Assembly: GCA_020859965.1 (NCBI GenBank)
Contig: JAJBVF010000034.1
Span: 167-55,561 of the forward strand
Origin: Clostridiales bacterium
Lineage (GTDB): Bacteria > Bacillota > Clostridia > Lachnospirales > Lachnospiraceae
DNA length: 55,395 bases
Direction: 5' to 3'
Shown here: positions 1 through 8,014 of the stretch, in pieces
Position numbering within the stretch: the stretch's first letter is position 1
How the letters are laid out: each line of letters begins with the position of its first letter
Notes under the pieces: generated by a model
The model's database searches: none
What the model was told of the DNA's origin: nothing
What the model saw: the letters and a program-made list of their open reading frames with translations, nothing else
Position numbers and translations under genes: made by a program

Positions 1-120
1 CACCGTCTGCCTGATCGGCCCGGGAGTCTTCATCGTCTGCCTGTTTGGCCCGGGGGCTTTTGCAGCCTGTCTGTGCGGCTCAGGAACATTTGCTGCCCGG
101 CCAGACGATCCGGGAGATTC
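1..120. repeat. Degenerate 30-bp tandem repeat (about 4 units) inside pfkB
   Basis: caccgtctgcctgatcggcccgggagtctt / catcgtctgcctgtttggcccgggggcttt / tgcagcctgtctgtgcggctcaggaacatt / ...; encodes 10-aa units such as KAPGPNRQTM and KTPGPIRQTV. Confidence 0.75.
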
Positions 121-711
121 CAGCGTCCGACTGATCAGATCAGAGAATTCCTGTTCATTCGGCTTGATCAGATAGGGGGCGGCCGCAAGTCCCATTTTCA
201 GCGGCTCCCCCTCCGCGTCGAGAAAAACCTTCGCTCCTTTATCGGAGAGAACCGTCGTCCAGAGCGCATAGGTGTCAGCGGGGGCACCCTGCGGCAAACT
301 CCCGGAGAGAACCGCGATATCGCCCGGTGTGATTCGATGAAGCAGGCGCTGCAGCAGACCGTCCAGGAGCTGGTTTGAAACCCAAAAGCCAGGCTCATTG
401 ATATCCGTCGTGGTGTGCTCTGCCGGATCAATGATCTTCAGATTTGTGCGTGTCTCGCCTTCCGTGAAGACAAAATCAGTCTCCAGTCCCATCCTGGTAA
501 GAGCAGCCTGAACCGACCGCCCGGTATGGCCGCCGAGGATGCCCATGGCAACGCTTTGGCCCCCAAGATTCTGGATGACCTTGGAAACATTGATGCCCTT
601 CCCGCCCGGATCAGTCCGCATCCGCGCGACACGGTTTACGGCGTCTGTTTGAAAGGAAGGAATCCTGACCGTCTTGTCGAGCGCCGGGTTTAAGGTAATT
701 GTGAAAATCAT
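1..711 (-). CDS. pfkB: 1-phosphofructokinase / PfkB-family hexose kinase, 3' end outside the window
   Basis: Manual minus-strand translation from ATG at 711 (GGAG just upstream): MIFTITLNPALDKT...GGKGINVS...GETRTN...VLSGSLP...FLDAEG...YLIKPNEQE, the FruK/LacC motifs. The frame is open to position 1, which explains its absence from the ORF track. Confidence 0.9.
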   Translation of the reverse strand, partial: MIFTITLNPALDKTVRIPSFQTDAVNRVARMRTDPGGKGINVSKVIQNLGGQSVAMGILGGHTGRSVQAALTRMGLETDFVFTEGETRTNLKIIDPAEHTTTDINEPGFWVSNQLLDGLLQRLLHRITPGDIAVLSGSLPQGAPADTYALWTTVLSDKGAKVFLDAEGEPLKMGLAAAPYLIKPNEQEFSDLISRTLESPGSSGRAANVPEPHRQAAKAPGPNRQTMKTPGPIRQTV

Positions 712-1046
712 GTTGTTCTCCATTTGAAAAATTGGGTATATAAGATAACGCCAACAAAGAAGGTAGTACAGGCTTTTTTAAAATGCAAGCACTTTTTTGG
801 AAAAAGATGAAAAAATGTTTTTTGTGTGCGGATCAGTTTTGCCCGTTACTTAAAAAAAGAAAGCTTCATGCCGCGAAGCGCGGCATTCAGGAACGCGGGT
901 GTTCCTGGTGACGCGGAACGGCAAGAACGTATAAAAAAATGGGGGAAAGAGGTTAGGCAGCTTTTCCCGGCGGCTGTGGCCACAGAAGCTTATATAATTG
1001 ACGATAATGTCTAAAAAACCCGGTACAATGTGGTTTATTATGACAC

Positions 1047-1075
1047 TGGACGAATGATAAAAAAAGAGTTAAAAT
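1047..1075 (+). promoter_or_regulatory. Putative sigma70 promoter of the mrp-like operon
   Basis: TGGACG (1047-1052), 17 nt, TAAAAT (1070-1075). Confidence 0.4.
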
Positions 1076-1194
1076 GCACCATGGAATTTTTAGAAACCGT
1101 TCATTTTTCTGAAATGGCTGGTTTGCTTTGGCGTATTGCCTGGCCCTGGAGGCGGGACGACATGCTCAGTATGGCGAAAGGCAGGTTTTGACGA

Positions 1195-1728
1195 GTGTTT
1201 CTATTGTATTTTTTACTCTGGATTATTTATTTTGGCTCTGTAACGGTGGAGAGCGTACTGTTTGGTCTGGGGATTGCGGCGGTGATTTTTGCGTTTACCT
1301 GCGCTTTTCTGGATCAGGACAATTCTGCTCCGCGTGGAGCGTCTTCTGACGGGCATGGCAATCTGCCTCCGGTCAAAAAGGGATGGCGCTATTATATTCG
1401 GAAAGAACTTTCTATTTATAAACGCATTCCTGGTATGCTGCAATACGTGTTTGTTCTGGTGTGGGAAATTGTGAAGGCAAATCTTGCGGTGATTCATATG
1501 ATTTTGTCGGAGGAAGAGGAGCTGCAGCCGGTGATTGTGAACTTTCATTCGGATTTGCAGACGCCGACCGGACAGGCTTTTCTGGCGAATGCGATTACAT
1601 TGACTCCGGGCACCATCACGGTATCATTGGAGAATGGGGATTATGTGGTCCACTGCCTGGATGAGGATCTGGCGGATGGCATGGAGACATCCATTTGCGC
1701 ACAGCTGATTTCGGACCTGGAAAAATAA
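1195..1728 (+). CDS. mnhE: Na+/H+ antiporter subunit E (MrpE/MbhA-like)
   Basis: EIVKANL and LANAITLTPGTITV...HCLD motifs; N-terminal TM hairpin; GTG start. Confidence 0.92.
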   Translation: MFLLYFLLWIIYFGSVTVESVLFGLGIAAVIFAFTCAFLDQDNSAPRGASSDGHGNLPPVKKGWRYYIRKELSIYKRIPGMLQYVFVLVWEIVKANLAVIHMILSEEEELQPVIVNFHSDLQTPTGQAFLANAITLTPGTITVSLENGDYVVHCLDEDLADGMETSICAQLISDLEK

Positions 1729-1840
1729 CTGGTTTTTGCGGACGGATCTCAATTCCCGCAGATCAATCATCAGCGGGAAGCGTGATGGCGGAAAACGACT
1801 TTAAGATCTGGAGTTTTTGGAGAGGAGTGGCAGACGAAAT

Positions 1841-2179
1841 ATGGGAGAAGGAGTACCGGGCCTTTCACAGGCTTACACGTGGCTGTTTACGGCAGCATTG
1901 ATTTTTCTGGCGGTTTTACTGATATTGTGCCTGATTCGGGCGATCATCGGACCGCGGGTGGCGGACCGGCTTGTGGCTGTGAATATGATGGGGACGATAG
2001 TCATGGTTATTATCGCGATCCTGACCCTGATGCTGCAGGAAGGATATCTGGCTGATATCTGCCTGATTTACGCGATGATCAGTTTCCTGGCGGTCATTGT
2101 CCTTACAAAGGTATATATGGGTGTTTTTCTGGAGAGAAAAAACCAGGAAGGGGAGGACGAAAAACATGGCGGTAATTGA
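1841..2179 (+). CDS. mnhF: Na+/H+ antiporter subunit F (MrpF/MbhB-like)
   Basis: RAIIGPRVADRLVAVN motif, 3 TM segments; ATG at 1841 chosen over TTG at 1817. Confidence 0.9.
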   Translation: MGEGVPGLSQAYTWLFTAALIFLAVLLILCLIRAIIGPRVADRLVAVNMMGTIVMVIIAILTLMLQEGYLADICLIYAMISFLAVIVLTKVYMGVFLERKNQEGEDEKHGGN

Positions 2180-2663
2180 ATGGCTGCAGTTTCTGATCGG
2201 TGCGGTTTTCCTGATCCTCGGACTGGGTATTTTTACGGTGGAAATGATCGGCGTCTATCGGTTCCACTATGTGCTGAACCGGATGCACGCGGCCGCAATG
2301 GGAGATACGCTCGGCATTGGCTTTTGCCTGGTCGGACTGATCATAATGAATGGGGCGAATCTTACATCTCTGAAGTTGTTTCTGGTAGTTTGCTTCCTGT
2401 GGTTTTCCTCACCGACTTCCTCTCATCTGATCGCGCGCCTGGAGGTGACGACAGATCCGGAGCCTGAGAAACACTACCGAAAGGTGCCGCTGGATACGCT
2501 GGAAGAGGAGTTGAGCAAACGGGAAGAAGTCTCCGGCGCAGAGAAGTCAGATGAATTGTATGGCACAGAGGCAGAGTGTGTCCGGATGGACGGAGCAGTG
2601 ACAGATGACGTAAAAACTCCGGCAAACGGCACACGGACAGACATTCAGGGAGCGGAGGCATAG
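2166..2663 (+). CDS. mnhG: Na+/H+ antiporter subunit G (MrpG/MbhC-like) with acidic C-terminal tail
   Basis: NRMHAAAMGDTLG and SPTSSHLIAR motifs; GGAGG upstream of ATG 2166; overlaps the mnhF stop. Confidence 0.9.
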   Translation: MAVIEWLQFLIGAVFLILGLGIFTVEMIGVYRFHYVLNRMHAAAMGDTLGIGFCLVGLIIMNGANLTSLKLFLVVCFLWFSSPTSSHLIARLEVTTDPEPEKHYRKVPLDTLEEELSKREEVSGAEKSDELYGTEAECVRMDGAVTDDVKTPANGTRTDIQGAEA

Positions 2664-3212
2664 GTGATGCAGGTTTTTACATGTATTTTATTGGGATTCC
2701 TCCTGGTCTGCGCGATTTCTGTCAGCCTGTCGAAGAATCTTCTGAATTCGATTCTGATTTATATGTCTTACAGCCTGGTGATGTCGATCATCTGGATTGT
2801 ACTGGAGTCGCCGGATCTGGCGATCACAGAGGCCGCGGTCGGCGCAGGCGTGACAAGTATTCTGTTTTTTGTGACCCTGAAAAAAATTCATGCGATTATG
2901 GATGAAAAGGGCGATCTGGACGGCACGTATGATGCTTCGGACGAAGAGGACAGTTCAGAAGGATCTGAAACAGCGGGAGAACTGAATACGCCGGAAAAAA
3001 CGGATACGTCGAAAAAAACGGAAATTCTGAATGAAACGGAGCAGAAACAGCCGGAATCCGGGAATGATTCCGGAAAAAGACAGGAATTTTCGAGCAAAAG
3101 GCAGAAGAACAGGGAATGTACAAGGGCTGGGATGAGCAATTCGGACAGATCCTGGAAGTCCGGGAGCCGAGCGGCAAAAGGAGGGAAAGCGGATGAGCAG
3201 GAAACGACCTGA
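2664..3212 (+). CDS. DUF4040 / MbhD-like subunit (MrpA C-terminal module) with about 100-aa hydrophilic tail
   Basis: SPDLAITEAAVGAGV motif, 3 TM segments. Confidence 0.88.
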   Translation: MMQVFTCILLGFLLVCAISVSLSKNLLNSILIYMSYSLVMSIIWIVLESPDLAITEAAVGAGVTSILFFVTLKKIHAIMDEKGDLDGTYDASDEEDSSEGSETAGELNTPEKTDTSKKTEILNETEQKQPESGNDSGKRQEFSSKRQKNRECTRAGMSNSDRSWKSGSRAAKGGKADEQETT

Positions 3213-4182
3213 ATCAGAATATCAGAAAACAATTTCCTTCCGACTGAAGCAGTGGCTGTCAGGGACAAAGGATCCATTCATTGGGACGCTGGAGATGAAG
3301 GCCAGGGAGCTTTCGGAAGGGGAAAAGGTCAGAATTGAAAAGGAAGAGCGGCTAAGGACGCGGGAATATCAGGAAGAGAAAAAGACCCGGGTTTCCCGCT
3401 GGGTGTATAACTCCCGGCGAAACAGGGATGTCCGTGTTTTCCGGGGAATTTACCGTGCCTGCGCGGCCTTGTTCTGTGTGTTCCTGCTGCTGATGCTGCT
3501 GACGGCGGTCTCGTGGCTGCCGACGGAAGGCCTGGAGGACCGTCCGGTGAACAATGAGGTCTCCGCGCGTTACATAGAGAGCGGCCTGCAGGAGACCGGC
3601 GCAGTCAATATTGTGACCGGCATGATCCTGGATTACCGTGCGTTTGATACGCTCGGCGAGTCGCATGTGCTCTTTGCCGCGACGATGACGGTGCTGATCC
3701 TGCTGCGGCTGGATCGTGACGAGGATAAAAAACGCCAGCAGGCCGATGATCGCCTGTACGAGCCGAAAAATGACCTGATCCTGCAGACGGTGGCGAGAAT
3801 TCTGGTGCCGCCGATCCTGATCTTTGGCATTTATATCATTCTCTGCGGTCATCTGGGACCGGGGGGCGGCTTTTCCGGAGGCGCTGTGATCGGCGCGGGA
3901 CTGATTCTGTATGTGAACGCGTTTGGCTTTGCGAAAACGGAGCGTTTCTTCACGGCTAAGACTTATAAGGTTACCAGCTTTAGCGCTCTCGCCTGCTACT
4001 CTCTGTCGAAATGCTACTCCTTCTATACCGGGGCAAATGAAATTGAGAGTGTGATCCCGCTGGGGACGCCGGGCGCGATCTTAAGCAGCGGCCTGATTTT
4101 TGTGCTGAACATCTGTGTCGGTATCGTAGTGGCCGGCACGATGTATACCTTTTATGCCATGTTCCGGAAGGGAGGCTACTGA
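3193..4182 (+). CDS. mnhB: MrpB-type subunit (MbhE/MbhF-like fusion) with charged N-terminal extension
   Basis: NIVTGMILDYRAFDTLGE and GHLGPGGGFSGG motifs. Confidence 0.9.
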   Translation: MSRKRPESEYQKTISFRLKQWLSGTKDPFIGTLEMKARELSEGEKVRIEKEERLRTREYQEEKKTRVSRWVYNSRRNRDVRVFRGIYRACAALFCVFLLLMLLTAVSWLPTEGLEDRPVNNEVSARYIESGLQETGAVNIVTGMILDYRAFDTLGESHVLFAATMTVLILLRLDRDEDKKRQQADDRLYEPKNDLILQTVARILVPPILIFGIYIILCGHLGPGGGFSGGAVIGAGLILYVNAFGFAKTERFFTAKTYKVTSFSALACYSLSKCYSFYTGANEIESVIPLGTPGAILSSGLIFVLNICVGIVVAGTMYTFYAMFRKGGY

Positions 4183-4333
4183 CATTGTATGTTCTTTTAA
4201 TGCCAGTTTCTGCTGTATTCCGGGTGTGTATCTGTTCCGGCGGCATAAAGGCAGCCTCGGAGGTTCTGCCGTATCCGGGCGGAATGGCTCACATGGCGGA
4301 CACTGTAGTGTTCCGGAAAGGAGGAGATGAGCG

Positions 4334-4711
4334 ATGAATTTAGCAAATCTGCTGGATAATTATGAGGAAGCGGTGGCGATGATTCTGTTTGTGATCGGCT
4401 TTTCGAATCTTCTTTTGCAGCCGAATCTGATCAAAAAAATCATCGGCATGAATATCATGGACACGGCTGTTTATCTGTTTCTCGCCCTGAAGGGCTATAT
4501 TGAGGGGCATAAGGCGCCGATTGTCGTGGACGGCGTACAGAGCGTGGACGCGTATGTCAACCCGATTCCGAGCGGCCTGGTGCTGACCGGCATCGTGGTG
4601 TCTGTGTCGGTCTCCGCTTTGATGCTTTCCCTGACGATCCGTCTGTACCGCCGTTACCATACGCTGAATCTCGATGAGATCTCCACGCGTCTGAAGAAGG
4701 AGGATCTGTGA
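4334..4711 (+). CDS. mnhC: Na+/H+ antiporter subunit C (MrpC/MbhG/NuoK-like)
   Basis: NLIKKIIG and NPIPSGLVLTGIVV motifs; AGGAGG RBS. Confidence 0.92.
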   Translation: MNLANLLDNYEEAVAMILFVIGFSNLLLQPNLIKKIIGMNIMDTAVYLFLALKGYIEGHKAPIVVDGVQSVDAYVNPIPSGLVLTGIVVSVSVSALMLSLTIRLYRRYHTLNLDEISTRLKKEDL

Positions 4712-6216
4712 TGGAGTTCGTTCAGAATTTTCCTTTTATAACGATTATTCTGGCATTGTTTTCCGGCCCGCTCTGCTCGGTGCTCAAAAGCAGGGCGGCC
4801 AAACGGGTGAATACTGCCGTGATCTGCCTGGTCCTGGCGATGTCGGTCGCGGTGCTTGTTTTTACTTTGCGGACGGGAGAGGCCTACATCTATCGGATGG
4901 GACATTTTTCCGCGCCGTGGGGAAATGAGATCCGTGTCGGTGTGCTGGAAGCGTTTATGGCGGTCTTTTTCAGCGTGATCATGCTGCTGTGTATGCTCGG
5001 CGGACGCCGGGAACTCACTGCGGAGGTCGAGGAGACGAAGCAGAATCTGTACTATGTGATGGTGGGACTTCTGTTGTCCTCACTGCTGGCGCTAATTTAT
5101 ACAAATGACCTGTTTACTGCTTATGTATTTGTAGAAATTAACACGATTTCCGCCTGCGGTCTGATCATGATCCGACAGAACGGGCGCTCAATTGAAGCCG
5201 CGACACGTTATATGATCATGAGTCTGCTGGGTTCGGGACTATTCCTGATGGGGATCTGTTATCTTTATGATCTGACCGGCCATCTGCTGATGAGCAACAT
5301 CAAAGAGCAGGTAGCGCTGCTTGCGGCATCGGGAGAGTACCATATTCCACTGTTGATTTCCATTACCCTGATGTCAGTCGGACTCGCGATTAAAAGCGCG
5401 CTGTTTCCGTTCCACGCCTGGGTGCCGGATGCCTATGGCTATTCGACTTTGTCGTCTGCCGCGATCTTATCCTCCCTGGTTTCCAAAGGATATATTTTTC
5501 TGGTGGTCAAGATTTTCTACCGCGTGATCGGTTTTGATGTGATCCGGGAGAGCAAGGTTATCAATGTACTCTTTGTCTTTGGTGTCCTGGGTATGATCTT
5601 TGGCTCGGTCAACGCGATCCGGGAAAACAACATCCGCCGGATGATTGCCTGGTCATCGGTCGCGCAGATCGGATATATTTACATGGGCTTCGGCCTGGGG
5701 ACAACGGCGGGAATCACGGCCAGTCTGTTCCACATTCTGAGCCATGCGGCGACGAAATCCATGCTGTTTGTCTCGGCATCCGGGCTTACAGACGTGTCGC
5801 ATGGAGAAACAGACTTTTTCGGACTCACAGGATCCGGCTATCGAAATCGTATCGCAGGAGTGGCGTTTACTGCCGGATCGCTTTCCATGGTCGGCATTCC
5901 GCTGTTTTCCGGCTTTATTTCCAAGGTATTGTTTGCTTCGGCGGCTTATGATACCTCGGGCAAGCTGATTCCGGCGATGATCGCGCTGGCTGTCAGTACG
6001 CTCCTGAACGCGATTTATTTTATGAAGACAGTGATCCGGATTTATACGCCGTCACACAGGGCCGGCATTAAAACAGATACGCGGGTGATTGCGATGAGAG
6101 AGCAGCCGCAGAAGGCGGTAGTGCTGATGCTGTTTATCGCGCTGAATCTGATTCTGGGGCTTGGGTCGCAGCCGATTGTGAATATGCTTACGCAGGGCCT
6201 GGAAATGTTCGGTTAA
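4708..6216 (+). CDS. mnhD: Antiporter-like membrane subunit 1 (MrpD/MbhH/NuoN-like)
   Basis: DLFTAYVFVE, IKSALFPFHAWVPDAY, SKG, SHAATKS and GFISK motifs; GTGA overlap with mnhC. Confidence 0.9.
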   Translation: MMEFVQNFPFITIILALFSGPLCSVLKSRAAKRVNTAVICLVLAMSVAVLVFTLRTGEAYIYRMGHFSAPWGNEIRVGVLEAFMAVFFSVIMLLCMLGGRRELTAEVEETKQNLYYVMVGLLLSSLLALIYTNDLFTAYVFVEINTISACGLIMIRQNGRSIEAATRYMIMSLLGSGLFLMGICYLYDLTGHLLMSNIKEQVALLAASGEYHIPLLISITLMSVGLAIKSALFPFHAWVPDAYGYSTLSSAAILSSLVSKGYIFLVVKIFYRVIGFDVIRESKVINVLFVFGVLGMIFGSVNAIRENNIRRMIAWSSVAQIGYIYMGFGLGTTAGITASLFHILSHAATKSMLFVSASGLTDVSHGETDFFGLTGSGYRNRIAGVAFTAGSLSMVGIPLFSGFISKVLFASAAYDTSGKLIPAMIALAVSTLLNAIYFMKTVIRIYTPSHRAGIKTDTRVIAMREQPQKAVVLMLFIALNLILGLGSQPIVNMLTQGLEMFG

Positions 6217-6249
6217 AGAAAAGGAACGGTTGTAGATGAGGAGGAAAAT

Positions 6250-7860
6250 ATGGGAATTTGGATTTTGCTGCCGATTTTTTTGCCAGTGATTGTCGGTATA
6301 CTGCTTTTGCTTCCGCCGGGAGCCGGAGAATCTGCAAAGAAGAATCAGGATCACCAGAGTGATTCGAGTCTTCAGGAATACCCTCCGGACGGCGGAAAGG
6401 AATCCTTGCGCACTCGGTTTGCCCGGCTGATCGGGACCCTCGATGAGAGTCCGGAGAGTCTTTCGAGGCTCCATAAGCTGACAGCCGCGGCGCTGATCGT
6501 GTCGGCTCTGGTGGCTCTGGCGGCGGCCTGGAGCGGGGATCGCAGCTTTACGTGGTTTGAACTGATGGAAGGGATCCCGGTTTATTTTCAGATTGACGAC
6601 GTGGGACGTCTGTTTGTCACAGTGATCAGCCTTGTGTGGGTGCTGGTGTGTTTCTATTCGTTTGTTTACATGGGACATGAAGGAAACGAACGGCGGTTCT
6701 TCGGCTTTTATCTGATCGTATATGGAGTGCTGGTGGCGCTTTCTTTCTCGGGAAACCTGGTGACGATGTACCTGTGTTATGAGCTGATGACATTGACCTC
6801 GATGCCGATGGTGCTGCACTCGGGCAGTCACGAGTCGATTATGGCTGCGCTGAAATACTTGTTTTATTCCATGTGCGGCGCGTATCTGGGACTGTTTGCC
6901 ATTTTCTTCTTATATAAGTATTGTGATTCCATCACTTTTACAGCCGGGGGCACTTTGAATCTGGCTCTGGCCGAAGGACATACGGGAATTCTCCTGGCCG
7001 CGATTATGGCGTCACTGATCGGCTTTGGCGCGAAGGCGGGTATGTTTCCGCTGCACGCATGGCTGCCCACTGCGCATCCGGTAGCACCGGCACCCGCGTC
7101 GGCAGTGCTCTCTGGTATTATTGCGAAAGCCGGTGTGCTGGCGATCATCCGCGTGGTGTTTTACATCGTAGGCGCGGATTTTATCCGGGGGACCTGGGTG
7201 CAGACCGCGTGGATGACCCTTGCTCTGCTTACGGTGTTTATGGGTTCCATGCTTGCGTTCCGTGAGAAAGTATTCAAAAAACGTCTGGCGTACTCCACAG
7301 TCAGCCAGGTTTCGTATATTCTGTTCGGCCTTTCTACGCTTGCTCCGACGGCTATGGAAGGAGCTCTGCTGCATGTGGTGTTCCACGCGATTATCAAAAG
7401 TGTCCTGTTTTTGACGGCCGGTATTTTTATCTTCCGCGGCAATCTCTCCAGGGTGGATCAGCTTGAGGGAATCGGTAAAAAAATGCCGAAGACGCTCTGG
7501 TGCTTTACCTTTGCGTCGCTGGCTCTGGTCGGCATCCCGCCGATGAGCGGCTTTATCAGCAAATGGTATCTTGCGCAGGGCGCGCTTGAGGCGAATATCG
7601 GTGTCTTTGGTTGGGTCGGTCCGGCGGTGCTGCTGGTTTCTGCGCTGCTGACGGCGGGGTATCTGCTGTCGGTGGTGACGAATGGATTTTTCCCGAAAAA
7701 GAAGGAAGCGCAGGAAACGGATCCGCTCGATGGCATCACAGAGGCTCCGGCCGGGATGCTTATCCCGCTGGCGATCCTGGCAGCGCTGACAGTTCTGCTG
7801 GGCATATTCCCGAATCCGCTGATTCGTTTTGTGAGCAAAATCGCGGCGGCTGTTTTATGA
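6250..7860 (+). CDS. Antiporter-like membrane subunit 2 (MrpD/NuoM/HyfB-like)
   Basis: CYELMT, KAGMFPLHAWLPTAHPVAPAPASAVLSG, HAIIKS and GFISKW motifs; GAGGAGG RBS. Confidence 0.9.
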   Translation: MGIWILLPIFLPVIVGILLLLPPGAGESAKKNQDHQSDSSLQEYPPDGGKESLRTRFARLIGTLDESPESLSRLHKLTAAALIVSALVALAAAWSGDRSFTWFELMEGIPVYFQIDDVGRLFVTVISLVWVLVCFYSFVYMGHEGNERRFFGFYLIVYGVLVALSFSGNLVTMYLCYELMTLTSMPMVLHSGSHESIMAALKYLFYSMCGAYLGLFAIFFLYKYCDSITFTAGGTLNLALAEGHTGILLAAIMASLIGFGAKAGMFPLHAWLPTAHPVAPAPASAVLSGIIAKAGVLAIIRVVFYIVGADFIRGTWVQTAWMTLALLTVFMGSMLAFREKVFKKRLAYSTVSQVSYILFGLSTLAPTAMEGALLHVVFHAIIKSVLFLTAGIFIFRGNLSRVDQLEGIGKKMPKTLWCFTFASLALVGIPPMSGFISKWYLAQGALEANIGVFGWVGPAVLLVSALLTAGYLLSVVTNGFFPKKKEAQETDPLDGITEAPAGMLIPLAILAALTVLLGIFPNPLIRFVSKIAAAVL

Positions 7861-8014
7861 TTAAAAAACGATTGCCTGCATTCTGGTTTTATCGTTTGCT
7901 GGCCGATATGCACTTAAGAGCTGAGAATGACGGGGATGTCATTGATAAAAAGCTGCATAATCGGGCTTTGAGGAGGATTCTGTGAGCTCGCTCACATTTT
8001 AGAAGGAGGGATAG

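Noticed and set aside
73-693. ORF-track entries 73..378, 198..431, 415..693 and 438..632
   Set aside because: Shadows of the minus-strand pfkB frame
826-1014. 62-aa ORF in the divergent promoter region
   Set aside because: No RBS or recognisable motif; crosses hairpins and AT-rich promoter DNA
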